A DNA stretch of 64,000 bases from Chiloscyllium plagiosum (GCF_004010195.1 NC_057718.1:4595021-4659020), one strand, 5' to 3'. Positions 12,696 to 25,310 are shown, numbered from the stretch's first letter. The notes: generated from the letters alone by a model not told the origin. Made by a program: numbers and translations.

Positions 12696-14160
12696 AGATA
12701 GTCTGGGCTATACACACAACTTCCTAAAATTTCTTATGGTTCTGGGCAGAGCAGTTGCTGTACTAGGGGCGTTATTCACCTGGATAGGATGCTTTTTGTG
12801 GTGCACCTGTAAATGTTGTTGAGGGTCCTTATGGACATGCTGACTTTCCTGACCTGCCTGAAGAAGAGGAGTTGTTGTGTCTTCTTAACTGTAGCATCTA
12901 AGTGGGAGGTTCAGGACAGGTCGGTTATCATCACTTCTAGGAATTTGACATTCTCAACCTCCGCTCCATTGATGTAGATAGGAGCGCGTCCTCCTTTTTT
13001 CTACCTGAAGTCAATGATCAGTTCTTCCATTTTGTTGACATTGAGAGAGAGCTTGTTATCATTGCACCACGACACCAAGCCCTCTATTTCCTTCCTGTAT
13101 TCTGACTCATCATTGTTTGTTATGAAGCAGAGGTTGACACCCCCACCCCCCCAAACTAAAACCGAAACACCCAAAGAGGAGCACCTCTGTAAAAGGAGGA
13201 TGGAAAGTGGGATAACCTGCTTTTTAGCAACCTTCTAGTGGTGAAATGAATTAAATCCCTGACACTCACTTTAAAATCAACCAATAATAATTTATTTATC
13301 TATTTCTAACAGTGAACAAATTAACTAAACTGTTAACAAACCAAATAAATCCCTTCTAACTACTAACTATTCCCAAATAAATTAAGATTCTAATGGTATG
13401 TTGTTCCAATAAATATAAGTCCCACTCATTTTGAAAAAAAAAATAGAATTAAGTCTCTCAAAATTACAGCCAGGTTATGTGTCTTCCAGAACGTTCTGTG
13501 CCTTCTCTGTCGATTTCTTCTGTCTTGAATATTAACTTGTGCTGTTAGTCCCATTGTTACTTAGATGGTGCTTTCTCTCAGACATAGATGAGGCTGTGAG
13601 AGCCAGCGATTCTCTCTCTCGAGGGCTCAGGGCTGTTAATTCTAGCAGATGGCAGCTCGCTCTGGGGTTACTTTCAAACTGCCTCCTCCTTTTATACCTG
13701 TGATGACACAGCCTGTTGCCTTGGTAAAAGCTGCTGCTTGGTCTGCTCACTGTACGGTCTTTTGAAACAAATGTTTCAATTCGGGTGCTCTGTGTGCATT
13801 TGCAAACTTCCAAGCAGATGTTCACAGACATCCATTTTAAAGCTCTTAACACAGAAAAAGCACATGATTTTTTTAAAAGGACCATGCAACATTCCTCCTG
13901 CCCCACCCCTCCCCCAACACCACCAGGATTTTACAAACACCAAATTATAATCACTTGCCTCCCAATCCAAAAGTTCTTTACCCAACTTCACAACATTTGA
14001 TTGCCGTTCTCCTACAGTGGTGATGTCAGCAAACCTCTAAGTGACTTTGATTCGGAATTTGGCTACACAGTTGTGGGTGTACAGGAGGAGGCTAAGAATG
14101 CATCCACGTGGGGCGTCATTGTTGAGGGTTATTGTGCAGGAGGTGCTGTTGTCTGTCTTT
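12696..14160 (-). mobile_element. Rex1/Babar-type LINE RT remnant split by an LTR-like insertion
   Basis: TITLNNDAPRGCILSLLLYTHNCVAKF (~14055-14135) resembles GAPQGCVLSPLLY..YTHDCVA. Confidence 0.7.
13118..13995 (-). mobile_element. Solo LTR-like element (~880 bp)
   Basis: Termini TGTTATGAA...TTCACAACA (9-bp inverted, 1 mismatch); TATA-like (~13691) and AATAAA (~13295) on minus strand; interrupts the Rex/Babar LINE. Confidence 0.7.
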
Positions 14161-15255
14161 AATGAAGATGATTGGCATTTCAAATAAAGAGCTGAAGACA
14201 CCAAGGCTCTGAAATTAAAATAGATGTACCATGCATGTGAGTCAATGTTGGTAGCAAATTGTAAGTAATATAGTTTTTGAGTGTTAAACTCTCTCATTAG
14301 GACTGCAAGTTGAAAATCTAGACTTGGCATTTTAAAACAAGACAGCTAAAATTGCAATTTTTTCAAAAAATGTATAGAAAGCGAGGTGGAGACCAGTGGA
14401 TGTATGGATCTATCAAATCAGAACAAAATAACAGATCAACATGAATGACCTTAAGTGAACCAAACTTGTTGTCATTGTCCAATCTATGTACTTCAACCCA
14501 TTTGTGAAAATGGGAATTGGGTTAGGAGCAGGCCATTCCGAACCTCGAGCCTGCTAAGTGTTGACTCTTGTCTCCCTGTAGTGTGTGCCAGAAAAGCATT
14601 CAATTGTAATAAAATCCAGCACTATAAGAGTAAGGCCACTGACTACCTTCCTGGATATAACAGCAGAAAGTCTTGGAGAAATTCTGCTTGGCTGGCAACG
14701 TATGTAGAGAGAGAGAAACAGAGTTGACATTTTGTTCAAATATGATTCCTGTTCAGAACTACCTTCTCAGGTAATAATGGATGAATAATATTATGCTGGC
14801 ATTGCCGATATGCTCTCGTTCCCCTGAATAAATGTTTAAATAAAAGCTGTAATTGCTGGCAATGTACAGCAGGTCTGGCAACATCTGTGAAGAGAGAACC
14901 CATGTGTTTGGAGTGGGATTGAACCCAAAACCTTTTGACTTGGAGAGGTGGGAATTAACCATTTATCTATAGCTGACACCTTGCCTGCCAAAAGTCTTGT
15001 AGTTTTTTTTTGTCCTCCAATTTCTACATTAGGATTTGAATCCACAATTTTTTCATTCAAAGGTAAGAGTGCTGCCAGTTGAAACTTGGATCTAAAATTC
15101 ATTTATTGTCCGTTATCCAACAAATATTGTCTTTCTATATCCATTTTGTCCTATCCATTTTGTCTGCTACGTCCTTTACTGATACATTGGCTGCAGTCTT
15201 GTTTTTCGATAATCAGTTACCTGATAAATTCAAATCTGGAATTCAAAGCTAGTTT

Positions 15256-15818
15256 GAAGTTCTTGTGAAGCTTTGTAGCTCAGGTTGTGGATGAAGTTGT
15301 TGACTTGCTCACTGAGCTGGTCAGTTTGTTTGCAAATGTTTTGTGACCATACTCTGTGACATCAACAGTGCGCTTCCAGTGAAGCATTGGTGATCTGCCC
15401 TGCTTGCTCTTTGTGTGCCCCAGTTTGGTGTCCTTCATTGTCTGCATGTGTGTGTAGTCTGTACCAACTAGCCACCAAGAGACATGACCAACTATCACTT
15501 GTATCCATACACCTGGACAAAGAAAGACACCAATTCAACTAGGACAAGTCAAACAAAGACATGCATGGGTGTTTCTGGAGGCCTGGCACTCAACCTGGAA
15601 CTCCACTAACAAACATGTAGAGTTGGACCCCAGATACCAACCACTAAGAAACCAAACTGGAAATGATACCACTCACCTGTGCAAACTGGGATACACAAAT
15701 AGCAGGCAGGACAGAACACCAATGCTTCACTGGAGGCACACTGATGTTGTTACCTAGCGTGGTGACAAAACAGTAATAAACAAATTTACCAACTCCGGCG
15801 AGCAAGTCAGCAACCTTA
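15256..15818 (+). mobile_element. Penelope-like element 3' end (GIY-YIG C-terminus + pLTR) with inverted pLTR copy at the 5' end
   Basis: QLATKRHDQLSLVSIH...FLEAWHSTWNSTNKHVELDPRYQPLR; 15283-15430 is inverted to 15680-15815; AAAGCTAG duplicated at the flanks. Confidence 0.8.
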
Positions 15819-16493
15819 AAAGCTAGGTTCAGTAATTGTGACCATGAAACTTCCAGATTGTCATTTAAAAATACACATTTTGGTACACTAACGTCCTTTC
15901 AGGAAGGAAATCATGCCTTGTTGGCTCTGACCTAGATACGACTTCAGACCCACAGCAATATTTGAACTGTCTTCTCTCACCAAGGTTCTTCCTGTCCTAA
16001 CCTCCTGTTTTTCCAAACTTGCTAGCAGAAATGTTCATCTTTAATTTTCAGTTCTGGTAAAGCACTGCACACCCTGAATATTAGTAATAGGCCACATCTC
16101 TTCGTAGACACTGAGTCACCTGCTATATATTGCCAATTTTTTTTTTAATTATATACACCTACAGAGGGGTATAAAGGTTTATTTGTTCAGTCTAAAAGTG
16201 ACTCTGAAAGGAGGGGGTTCAGATAATAGTTTCTCGTTGCAAGGGATAAAGAGTTTCTCCTTATTTTTTCAGGTTTAATGGATGTTATTGTTCCTGCAGA
16301 TGTATGTGCATGTACACACATGTACATGTCTGGGTGTGAGTTTGGCTTCTTGCTTTTGAATAAACGTAATGGCAGATGGCAGGATTGAGTTAGGAAAATA
16401 CAAGGCAAGATGAAACAGAGAAAAGTGTAAAGTAATGTATTTTGTTGCAAGAATGGGGGAGAAACGGTGCAAGATTGAAATGAAAACAAAGTA

Positions 16494-17069
16494 CAGTGGT
16501 GCCTCGGAATCCGAATTTAATTCATTCTAGGTGGCTGTTCAGATTGCGAAAAGTTCAGATTCCGAAACTATTTTCCCCATAAGAAATAATGGAAAGTGAA
16601 TTAATCTGTTTCTGGACCCCAAAAAAACATTTTCAAGACACTTTCAACTGCAAATACACATGGTTAAGGTAAAATAAGACGAGTAAATGACCTAAATATC
16701 AAGTAATAATAATAAAAGCAAGAAATAAATGTACTAACATGAAAATAACTTCATTTACCTTAGTGAGGAGTGCTAATGGTGAATGAACTTATTTGCTTCA
16801 CTGCTCTTCTTGGGTGCCATGGTGAATGCACAAGGGTGCCAATTTAAAAAAAACCCAGCACAAATCAAGGTGAAAACACAAGGTAAACTAATGATGGACA
16901 CACGAGAGATGCTTTCACAACGAACAGAACAAACAATGCAACCTGAACGGTACGTGGTGTTCGGATTCTAAAACTGTGTTTGGATTTTAGGGCAAAATTT
17001 TCTTGAAATAATTGTTCGAATTCCAAGTTGTTCGAACAATAGGGCGTTCGGATTCCGGGGTCACCACTG
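16494..17069. mobile_element. Non-autonomous Tc1/mariner (Tigger/pogo-like) DNA transposon, 576 bp
   Basis: TA|CAGTGGTGCCTCGGAATCCGAA ... TTCGGATTCCGGGGTCACCACTG|TA: TIRs with TA target duplication, subterminal TTCGGATT/TTCGAA repeats. Confidence 0.9.
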
Positions 17070-17454
17070 TACTGTTGATACTGGAGATCTGAAATAACAA
17101 GAAATGCTGAAGAAGTACAGCAGATGTGGGAACATCTGGAGGGAAGAGGAGAAACAGAACTAACTCTTTAAGTCCAATAATTCTTCTTTGGAACACCTGG
17201 GAGCCGGAAAATGCAAACGTGTTTTAATGCTAACATTACACCAATACACCATTTGCTATAATGTGCGTCCTAGATTTGCTAGAACATTCCAGCGAAACCT
17301 AATGGAATCCAGAGGAACAGCACCTCATTTTCAGCTCCGGCTCTTTGCAGTCTCCTGGACTCAACAACTTCAGAGCATGAACACTATTCTCCATTCTGAG
17401 TTTTCCCCATCACACACACAGATATGCACTGTGTTTTTTAGATTAGATTACTCA

Positions 17455-17567
17455 CGGGGAGAATGTGCAAACTCCACACAGTCAGTCGCCTGAGTCGGGA
17501 ATTGAACCCGGGTCTCAGGCGCTGTGAGGCAGCAGTGCTAACCACTGTGCCACTGTGCCGCCCACGG
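17455..17567 (-). mobile_element. HE1-type SINE 5' fragment
   Basis: Reverse complement GGGCGGCACAGTGGCACAGTGGTTAGCACTGCTGCCTCACAGCGCC...GGGTTCAATTCCC. Confidence 0.88.
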
Positions 17568-19739
17568 CATTTCATGTTAGTACATTTATTTCATGTTGTT
17601 TACATGAAATTGCTCTCAGCAAAGCCAGTTTTTACGATTCACCCCTATCGCACCAACTGAAGAAATTCAGAAAGTCTGGCAGCATCTGTGAAGAGAAAAC
17701 AGCATTAACGTTTTGGGTCCAGTGACCCTTCACTGTCCACAAGTTCTGAACAAGAGTCATTGGACTTGAATTTTTAAACCTACTTTTTTCTCCACTGATT
17801 GTGCCAGAACCTGCTGGTTTTCTCCAACAATGTTTGTCTTTGTTTCAGATCACCAACATCTGCAGGTCTTTATTTTATTTAACCATTAATATCTATTTTG
17901 TTTTTCTGTTACCATTAACACTCCCTTTGTATGTGCTGTGGGCATGCTCACCATCTGTTCCACTAACTCCTCCTTCCTCTGTCAACTGCATAAAAGCCAT
18001 CATTCACAAACTGTGGATGGGTGGTGGATTTTGACTACTGTTCACTGGTCTGCTGTATCCAGCAAGTGGGAGAGAAACCAAATGGAAGAGAAAAGATTAA
18101 TCACAGTTGTAAGTTAGACCATAATCTGAACTGAGAACGTGAAGCCACTTTTTGTATACACTGATTAATACCTGAAGTAGGGACAGGGTCTGCATGAATG
18201 AGGGATGGGAAAATTGCAAAAAGCAATTGGGTGCAATAATGGGAGACATTAAGAGTCTGTAAAAGGATATGTTTTATTTCCGTTTTATATCCTTGAATTG
18301 TAAACAACCTGATCTCATGAGGCTTTTCAACAATAACACATTACAACTTTATGATGCCTCTGATGTGGTAACAGGTCCTTCATAGGAGCATTATCAGGCA
18401 ATATGTTACACCATGTCATATCAGTTAATCTTAAAGTAGGTGATCTAAGCTTGAGATAAGTTTCAACGGAGTTTTCCTTTCGAGAGGAGAGGACAAACTG
18501 CTTGGAGACAATTGAAGAAATGTTTCGGCTAATATGAATGGCCACCAGTAGTGAGAATAAAGAGATTGAGAAAGTGCAAAAGGTCAGAATTGGAAGAGTG
18601 CAGAGATCTGGAAGTAGTTACAGAGGAGGGAGGGGTTAGGCAAAGGATCTGAAGGCAATGCTGAGAGTTTTAACTTTGAGTAATTGCTGCACTAGGATAA
18701 ACATGAGCTCTCTCAGAATCTGAAAATCTGTTCACATCAACATTGAAGAGAGGCTGAATTATTAAATCCACTGTCTGCACGAGAATACATTTGCATGATC
18801 ATCAAACTTTCAGATAATGGAAGAATAACACCTTTATCAAACTGTGTTTTAGAGTTTAAATCAAGCAACAAATTTATTAAAAGTAACAGATAAGCTGCAG
18901 TCAAGGAACAGTCAAGCAATATACAGAAGGTCACACTATTGTATCAAACTTTTATCTCTCTCTCTCTCCGGTTGTTTGTAAATGGGACTATATTCACAAT
19001 GCACTGAGGGGATCGCAAAAGACAGTAACAAACAGTACATACTCAGCAAATCTTCTTAGAACAGAGTTAATGTTTCAGGTTGATGACCTATTGTTAGGAT
19101 AGTTCTAGGAAGTGTTGCCAGTCTGAACGTTAAATCTGGTACTTTGTGCAGCATTTATTGTTTGTTTCAGATTTCCAGCAGCTGCAATATTTTGCTTTCA
19201 TTAAGGTAGCTAGGCTGTCTGTTTAACTTCTCTTCACAAAAATGGCAGCTCTGAAAATACTGCACTCCCTCAGTAATGCAGTGCAGTGGGATTTGGAACA
19301 TTGAGTCTTCCCATACCAGATTTACATTTTTGGGATAAACAAAGTCCCATCTTGAGGAAATATGTGTGTTGGTTCTCTGAAAGCCAGAACTATCTGAGTA
19401 CCTTACTGTTAGAGAATTTAAATACTTGGTCTGACCCCCTGTATGGAATCATTTCTTTGAAGAAATGAGTCTGGTTTGACCCCTTCATTATATCCAGGAA
19501 ATCTACCATATCTAACAACTGTGGCTTGGGTTGTCAGCCATGGTTTACTAAGTAGCACTCACATCTCTGAGTTAGAAGGTTGTAGCTTAAAGCCTTATTT
19601 CAGACTGGAGCACATAATCCAAATTGTCTGTCCCAGTGCAGTACTGAAGGAGTGCAGCACTGCCAGACATGCCCTCCTACACATAAGTTAAATGAGCCCC
19701 TCTCTGCCATTGCAGGTACACAAAAAAGATTTATAGATG

Positions 19740-19955
19740 AAAGTGAGTACTGCAAATACTGGAGATCAGAGTCATGATTAGAGTGGTGCTGAAAAAGCAC
19801 AGCAGGTCAGGCAGCATCCAAGGAGCAGGAAAATCTGTTTCAGGCAAAAGCCCTTCATCAGAAAGCCATTCCTGATGAAGGACTTTTGCCCAAAACGTCA
19901 ATTTTCCTGCTCTCGGATGTTGCCTGACCTGCTGTGCTTTTCCAGCACCACTCGA
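19740..19955. mobile_element. Head-to-head inverted pair of Penelope-type termini
   Basis: GAAAAAGCACAGCAGGTCAGGCAGCATCC...CCCTTCATCAG faces CCTGATGAAGG...TGCCTGACCTGCTGTGCTTTTCCAGCACCAC. Confidence 0.8.
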
Positions 19956-20496
19956 TTTCTATGCTCTTTCAGACAAGAGTAGGGTAATTCCTCTGAACAT
20001 TTATCTCTCAGTTGATATCACAAGACTAATTAGAAAACAAATTAACAGCAATTTCATAACTTTATCAACTCCACAGGTTTCCAAATGTACTGGTAATACT
20101 GATTCAGTGAGATGATGTTAAATTAACCAAACATTCAAAATGTGACCATTGTGGAGATGTGGATTTGAACTCCCATGCTCCAGGATTATTAGCATATAAT
20201 CAGCTATCACATCCGTCAAAAGGGAGAGAAACCAAATGGAATGGAAAAGGTTACTCACCGTTATAAGTTCTGCCTTATCAGTAAGACAAGTTTTGATCTA
20301 AGATCAGGAAGCTCCCTTTCAGACACACTGGGATGGTAAAAACAATGGAATCAACCATGAAATAATTTGGTGTAGTAATGGGTGATTGTAAGGGTCTGAG
20401 ACTGACCTCCTGTGTTCAGCCCTATAATACCTATCAAGTTGCTGTTTGTGGGAGCTTACTGTGTGTAAATTGGCTGCCACATTTCTGATAAAGTTA

Positions 20497-20680
20497 AAAA
20501 TTCCACAACACCGGGTTATAGCCCAACAGGTTTATTTGGAAATACAAGCTTTTGGAACACTGCTCCTTTGTCAGATAATGCTCTGAAAGCTAGTGCTTCC
20601 AAATAAACCTGTTAGACTATAACCTAGGGTGTGATCTTCAGTTTTGACCACCCCAGTCCAACACTGGCACTTCCACATCA
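20497..20680. mobile_element. Inverted pair of termini of a second Penelope-type family
   Basis: GGTTATAGCCCAACAGGTTTATTTGGAA is inverted to TTCCAAATAAACCTGTTAGACTATAACC; ends CCCCAGTCCAACACTGGCACTTCCACATCA. Confidence 0.7.
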
Positions 20681-21934
20681 TGTTTCTGATGTTAATATTT
20701 CTAAATTTGGTATTTTCCGTGGTGCAAAGTGCCTTGTGTACCAAAAGGTTTTGTAAAACTCTACTTCTTTCAGTCAGTGAACAAGTATTAGGGAGTCAGC
20801 TTCCCCATCAGTTTGATAGATTAGAGAGCCCTCAGTACCTTACCCTTGATGTGAGGTGTGGTATTTTTTAAATGCACTTAGTGGGTAATATTCCTAACTT
20901 TTTGTTTTGCTTTATTTACTTATGGGATGTTCATTGTCCATTCCTAGTTGCTGTTTGGGGAAAGTAGTTTTGGTACGTCGTTTTAAACTGCTGCTGCCTA
21001 AGCCACAGTTGTTGACCAGGTAGATTTCTTGGATACATTAAAGGGTTCAAACCAGCCTTATTTCTTCATAGGGAGCTTGGGCTAAATATTTCAGTCCAGT
21101 TTGACCTACAGTGCCCCATAAGATTTCTAGGATTTCTACCCAGTGACAGTGAAGGAACAGCAATAGATTTCCAAGTCAGAATGGTGAATAGCTTGGAGGG
21201 GAACTTCCAGGTGGTGATGTTCCCCATGTAGGTTGATAAGTCTCCAGAGCCTGATGGTCTGCATCCCAGGGTACTGAAGGAGGTGGCTCGGGAAATCGTG
21301 GATGTGTTGGTTATTAATTAACATAAATTTGTGTTAATTCATAAGATAGCTCATTGATTGCACTCTTGGAATGCATCAACAGCACAACATCTGGAGTAGC
21401 TTAGAATCTTTGACAGTAACTTTTGAATTTCTGAGTTATTCCTTGCATGCGCAGACATCCAGAGTTAATCAGTTTCAGTTGGAAAAGGATGGAAAACGTC
21501 CACACTTTATCCATTATTACAACTGCAAGAATCCTAGCCATTAGATTTGCAAACCAAATTAGGACTTGTGTTTTATGAAATATTTACTGTGCCTGAAAAC
21601 AGGAGTACTCAAAAGTGGAATTTACTGAAGTTGTGTTGAATAGAGTAACCTGACTGAATCTTAAAACAATTGTACAGCAAATGGTCTGCTCAGAGATCAG
21701 ATACAATTTCAGTTGCAGTGATTTATTGAGAAATGAGTGAAGACACACACTTTGTCCCTTGAGTCTGAACAGCATAATTTATGGAGGCTAGCACAGTCAT
21801 TTGCTTTTGCTAAATCATTAAACCTGTGAAGTGTGTCATCTATTCATTATTCTAATGGGTATAATTTACTCCTGGCTTCATTGCTTGTGATTTAAGTAGC
21901 TAGCAGCATTTGGAAAATACCTGCCTCAATGTGA

Positions 21935-22575
21935 GGCATGCTGGCCTTCATAACAAGAGGTATTGAGTATAGAAGCAAAGAGGTTCTTCTGCAGCTGTAC
22001 AGGGCCCTGGTGAGTCCACACCTGGAGTACTGTGTGCAGTTCTGGTCTCCAAATTTGAGAAAAGACATTCTGGCTATTGCGGGAGTGCAGCGTAGGTTCA
22101 CGAGGTCAATTCCTGGAATGGCAGGATTACCTTACACTGAAAGACTGGAGCGACTGGGCTTGTATACCCTTGAGTTTTGAAGATTGAGAGGGGATCTGAT
22201 TGAGACGTATAAGATTATGAAAGGATTGGACACTCTGGCAGTAGGAAACATATTTCCACTGATGGGTGAGTGCCGAACCAGAGGACACAGCTTAAAAATA
22301 CGGGGTAGACCATTTAGGACAGAGCTCATGAGAAACTTCTTCACCCAGAGAGTGGTGGCTGTGTGGAATGCTCTGCCCCAGAGGGCAGTGGAGACCCACT
22401 TTCTGGATTCATTTAAGAAATAGTTGGATAGAGCTTTTAAAGATAGTGGAGTCAAGGGTTATGGAGATAAGGCAGGAACAGGATACTGATTAGGAATGAT
22501 CAGCCATGATTATATTGAATGACGGAGCAGGCTCGAAGGGCTGAATGGCCTACTCCTGCACCTATTGTCTATTGT
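21935..22575 (+). mobile_element. Young CR1 LINE 3' end
   Basis: MLAFITRGIEYRSKEVLLQLYRALVSPHLEYCVQFWSP...; one internal stop; tail CCTATTGTCTATTG. Confidence 0.93.
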
Positions 22576-23349
22576 ATTTGCTGCCCTTGCCCTTCTCGCT
22601 TTTCTCAAAGTATTGCTAATTGAAAATTGAATCTGTTGCACAATCAAATGCACTTTTATGAAAATTGCTTTTGGGGTGCAATTTGATTTTCCGTTTTGTT
22701 ACTGCTAAATATTTTGTAATGTGTACACCAGCAGAGTCTGGAGTAATGTGAATTTGGGTCTGTCTGAAGTCGGCTCATACCAACAGGCGCCGGCATTATC
22801 TGCTTGTTACCAAAAACAACCTTTCCGTAAACTGCTCTTTGAGACAAGCGGCGTGTGAAAGTTTAACTGGGGGAATAACAGCAAGTGGGGACTAGAGAGT
22901 GTGAGCCGGCAATTTCACTGACACATTTTAACCATTCACTCCAGCTTGTTTCGCAACAATGAATCACTGAGGGTACCAGCACAACCACTCGGTTGGCTTT
23001 TCAGTTAGCAGCGAGAATGTTTCCGTCATCTCCACAGCCCGTTTCTTTTCAATAACTGCAGCGTTAGGCACGGCGCCCATTCAAGGATATTTTACCGGAT
23101 CCCTCCCGGATTCTCGTTGCTGTGGGGGCCTTGCCTGTGACCAGAAATAAGGAAAATATCATAAAGTATTGGAGAACTCAACGTGTGTGGACAGAGAACA
23201 GAGTTAATGTTTCGAGTCCAAAGACTCTTCTACAGGACGGAGTTCCTCTCCCTACAGTGCCACAGTACCTGTGATTTTTCTGGGTTTTTTTAATTTCCGA
23301 TTTGCACAGTCCGCGGTATTTTATCTTAGGGAGCGGTCTGCGTTGCTGG

Positions 23350-23472
23350 CGCCTGATTGACATCCATGTTCACCAGTTATGATTAAGTTGCCTGTGATTG
23401 ACAGTATAGTTGGCTTAATGGCGAAATTGGATACACCCCGCGATATAAATGTAGCTGAGCCAGCGGCAGATA
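23350..23472 (+). promoter_or_regulatory. Core promoter of the B7/butyrophilin-like gene
   Basis: TGATTGACA 23354-23362 and TGATTGACAG 23395-23404, ATTGG 23426-23430, TATAAAT 23444-23450, local CpG enrichment. Confidence 0.7.
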
Positions 23473-23548
23473 CAGTGTATCCGAAAGTCCGGAGATAGTG
23501 TGTTCATCGGCGGCTACAGTGTATCCGAGAGCCCGGCCACCGCAGCGG
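23473..23548 (+). other. Exon 1 (5' UTR, non-coding) of the B7/butyrophilin-like gene
   Basis: Starts ~29 nt after the start of the TATA box at an Inr-like CAGT; ends at donor CGG|GTGAGT (23549); no ATG. Confidence 0.65.
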
Positions 23549-24698
23549 GTGAGTTAGTGAGAGGCCCCAGTTTCCGTGTATTTGTCCTGTTCCCTCTCCC
23601 AAGCCCATCTCTGTCCTGGCCTCTCTTGTTTGAACCCGTTGTACTCCAGGCTCGTTGGCAACAGGGTGTGCCTGTGCTGACTCACTTCATTGGGATTGTA
23701 TGGATTGATTGTTTTCCCATCTTTCCTAAACAAAAACTCTCCGGCGTTTTCCACTGTTTTTCTTCGCGTTCTGTCTCCGTTTTACTCTGCACAGACCCCG
23801 AGTCCTCTTTCTCTGTCTGTTTGTCCCAGGAAATTCAGGCTCATCTCACCTTGTCCAGGTCTTTAGAAAGATAAAAGAGTTTAACTTCAGGAATCCGGCG
23901 CAGTCTTTCAAATTTTTTTTCTGTTCAACGGAAATCGGGAAATACTTCTTGAACAAGCAAGGTAGTTGAGATCTGAGTTCTCTCTCTGTCCATAAAGTCA
24001 GTGGATATTTAGGTAAGGATGTAGATGACAAACATGTTAAATCAAGCTAGCTCTGAAGAGCCAAAATGTTGACTCTGTTTCTCTCTCTATAAATGCTGCC
24101 TTACCTGCTGAGTTTCTCTAGCAATTTGTTTTAAAACAAGCTGGAATCTATTAGGGGGTGATTGCGTAGTCTGACTCTGTACTTACATAAAAGCTTATTA
24201 ATGTGGAAAGGTTAGGCTGAGTCCTTGAATGAAGATATGGGTGAAAATTCCTTTCTCACCCTCTGGTGTGATTAAAACCAGTCGAGGAGATCAGGTAGAC
24301 CATGCTCCTCTCTTGGAATCTGGGGTGTTGTACAGAGGTAGTTGTGAGCATGCCTTCACCATCTCATATATCCTTTGTGTACTCACGTCTGCAGATATGT
24401 GGGTTAGCTGAAGGGTAGAGATAATGAGTCAAGGATTTGGAGCATGGAGTAAATGCCCAGAGATATTGGCTCCCTGTTTCTGTCACTACCCCCTTACCCT
24501 CCCCTGACTGGAGAAGGGGGAATTGTTCATGGTCTGGGATATGTCAGGTGAGGCATGCAAATTTAGATATATTAAAATAATGTGTGCCGTATTTGAGACT
24601 TTGCTGTCATGAAAAGTGAGGAATTACCTGCTGGTGGACAGTTTAATTTCATTTCCTTAAAGTTCATGTTTTAACTTTTATATGTATCTTCCTTTAGG

Positions 24699-24756
24699 AT
24701 GAATTATCTCGTCCATACACTCATTCTACTGGCTGCTGCTGAACTGACCCGAGCAG
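24699..24756 (+). CDS. Signal-peptide exon of B7/butyrophilin-family receptor (MNYLVHTLILLAAAELTRA-G)
   Basis: Acceptor cttcctttag|G ATG, hydrophobic core, small residues near the cleavage site, donor CAG|GTAAGG, phase 1 matching the IgV exon. Confidence 0.82.
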
Positions 24757-24869
24757 GTAAGGGGATTTGTGTTTTTGTTTGCAAGGCTTTCCCATGTGCC
24801 ACTTCTCCCAGTGTGCCCAATGGTTAATTGGGAACTCTGGTGCACAGTGGAAGACATATGTCAGAAGGG

Positions 24870-25310
24870 GAGATGATGGTGAAGTAGTAATGTAATCCAG
24901 AGACCCTGCCTATTACTTTGGGAACAGAAATTCAAGGAGAAAGTGAGGACTGCAGGTGCTGGAGATCAGAGCTGAAAATGTCTTGTTGGAAAAGCGCAGC
25001 AGGTCAGGCAGCATCCAAGGAGCAGGAGAATGAGCCCTTCTTCAGAAATTCGAACCTAATCACGACAGCTCCAATTTATGAAATCTGGATTTGAAAGCTA
25101 ATCTCTGTTGGAGACCATGAAACATAAACAGCCCTTTAGGGGAGGAAATTTGTCATCCTTACCCAGTTTAATTTACATGTGACTCCAATAGTGTGATTGA
25201 CTCTTGGCTGCCTTCTGAAATGGATGAGGAAGCCACTCAATTCAAGGACAATCAAGGATGGCCAACAAATGCTAGTCTTGGCAGCAATGCCCATATTAAG
25301 TGAAAGAGGT
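24870..25310 (+). mobile_element. tRNA-derived SINE (family of 27730-28082) interrupted by a Penelope-type terminus (24934-25042)
   Basis: Matches the reverse complement of 27730-28082; insert flanked by CAGAAATTC at 24925 and 25043. Confidence 0.7.

Larger units (their letters stand above)
19530..20760 (+). mobile_element. SacSINE1/DeuSINE-like SINE broken by three later insertions
   Basis: tRNA-like head (CTCTGAGTTAGAAGGTTG), CCCAGTGCAGTACTGAAGGAGTGCAGCACTG, Deu domain GCTGTTTGTGGGAGCTTACTGTGTGTAAATTGGCTGCC at ~20441-20478. Confidence 0.7.

Noticed and set aside
23466..23485. Iron-responsive element (C-AGATA-CAGTGT-ATCCG) in the 5' UTR
   Set aside because: With the canonical 6-nt CAGUGN loop the 5-bp upper stem does not pair, and it overlaps the presumed TSS
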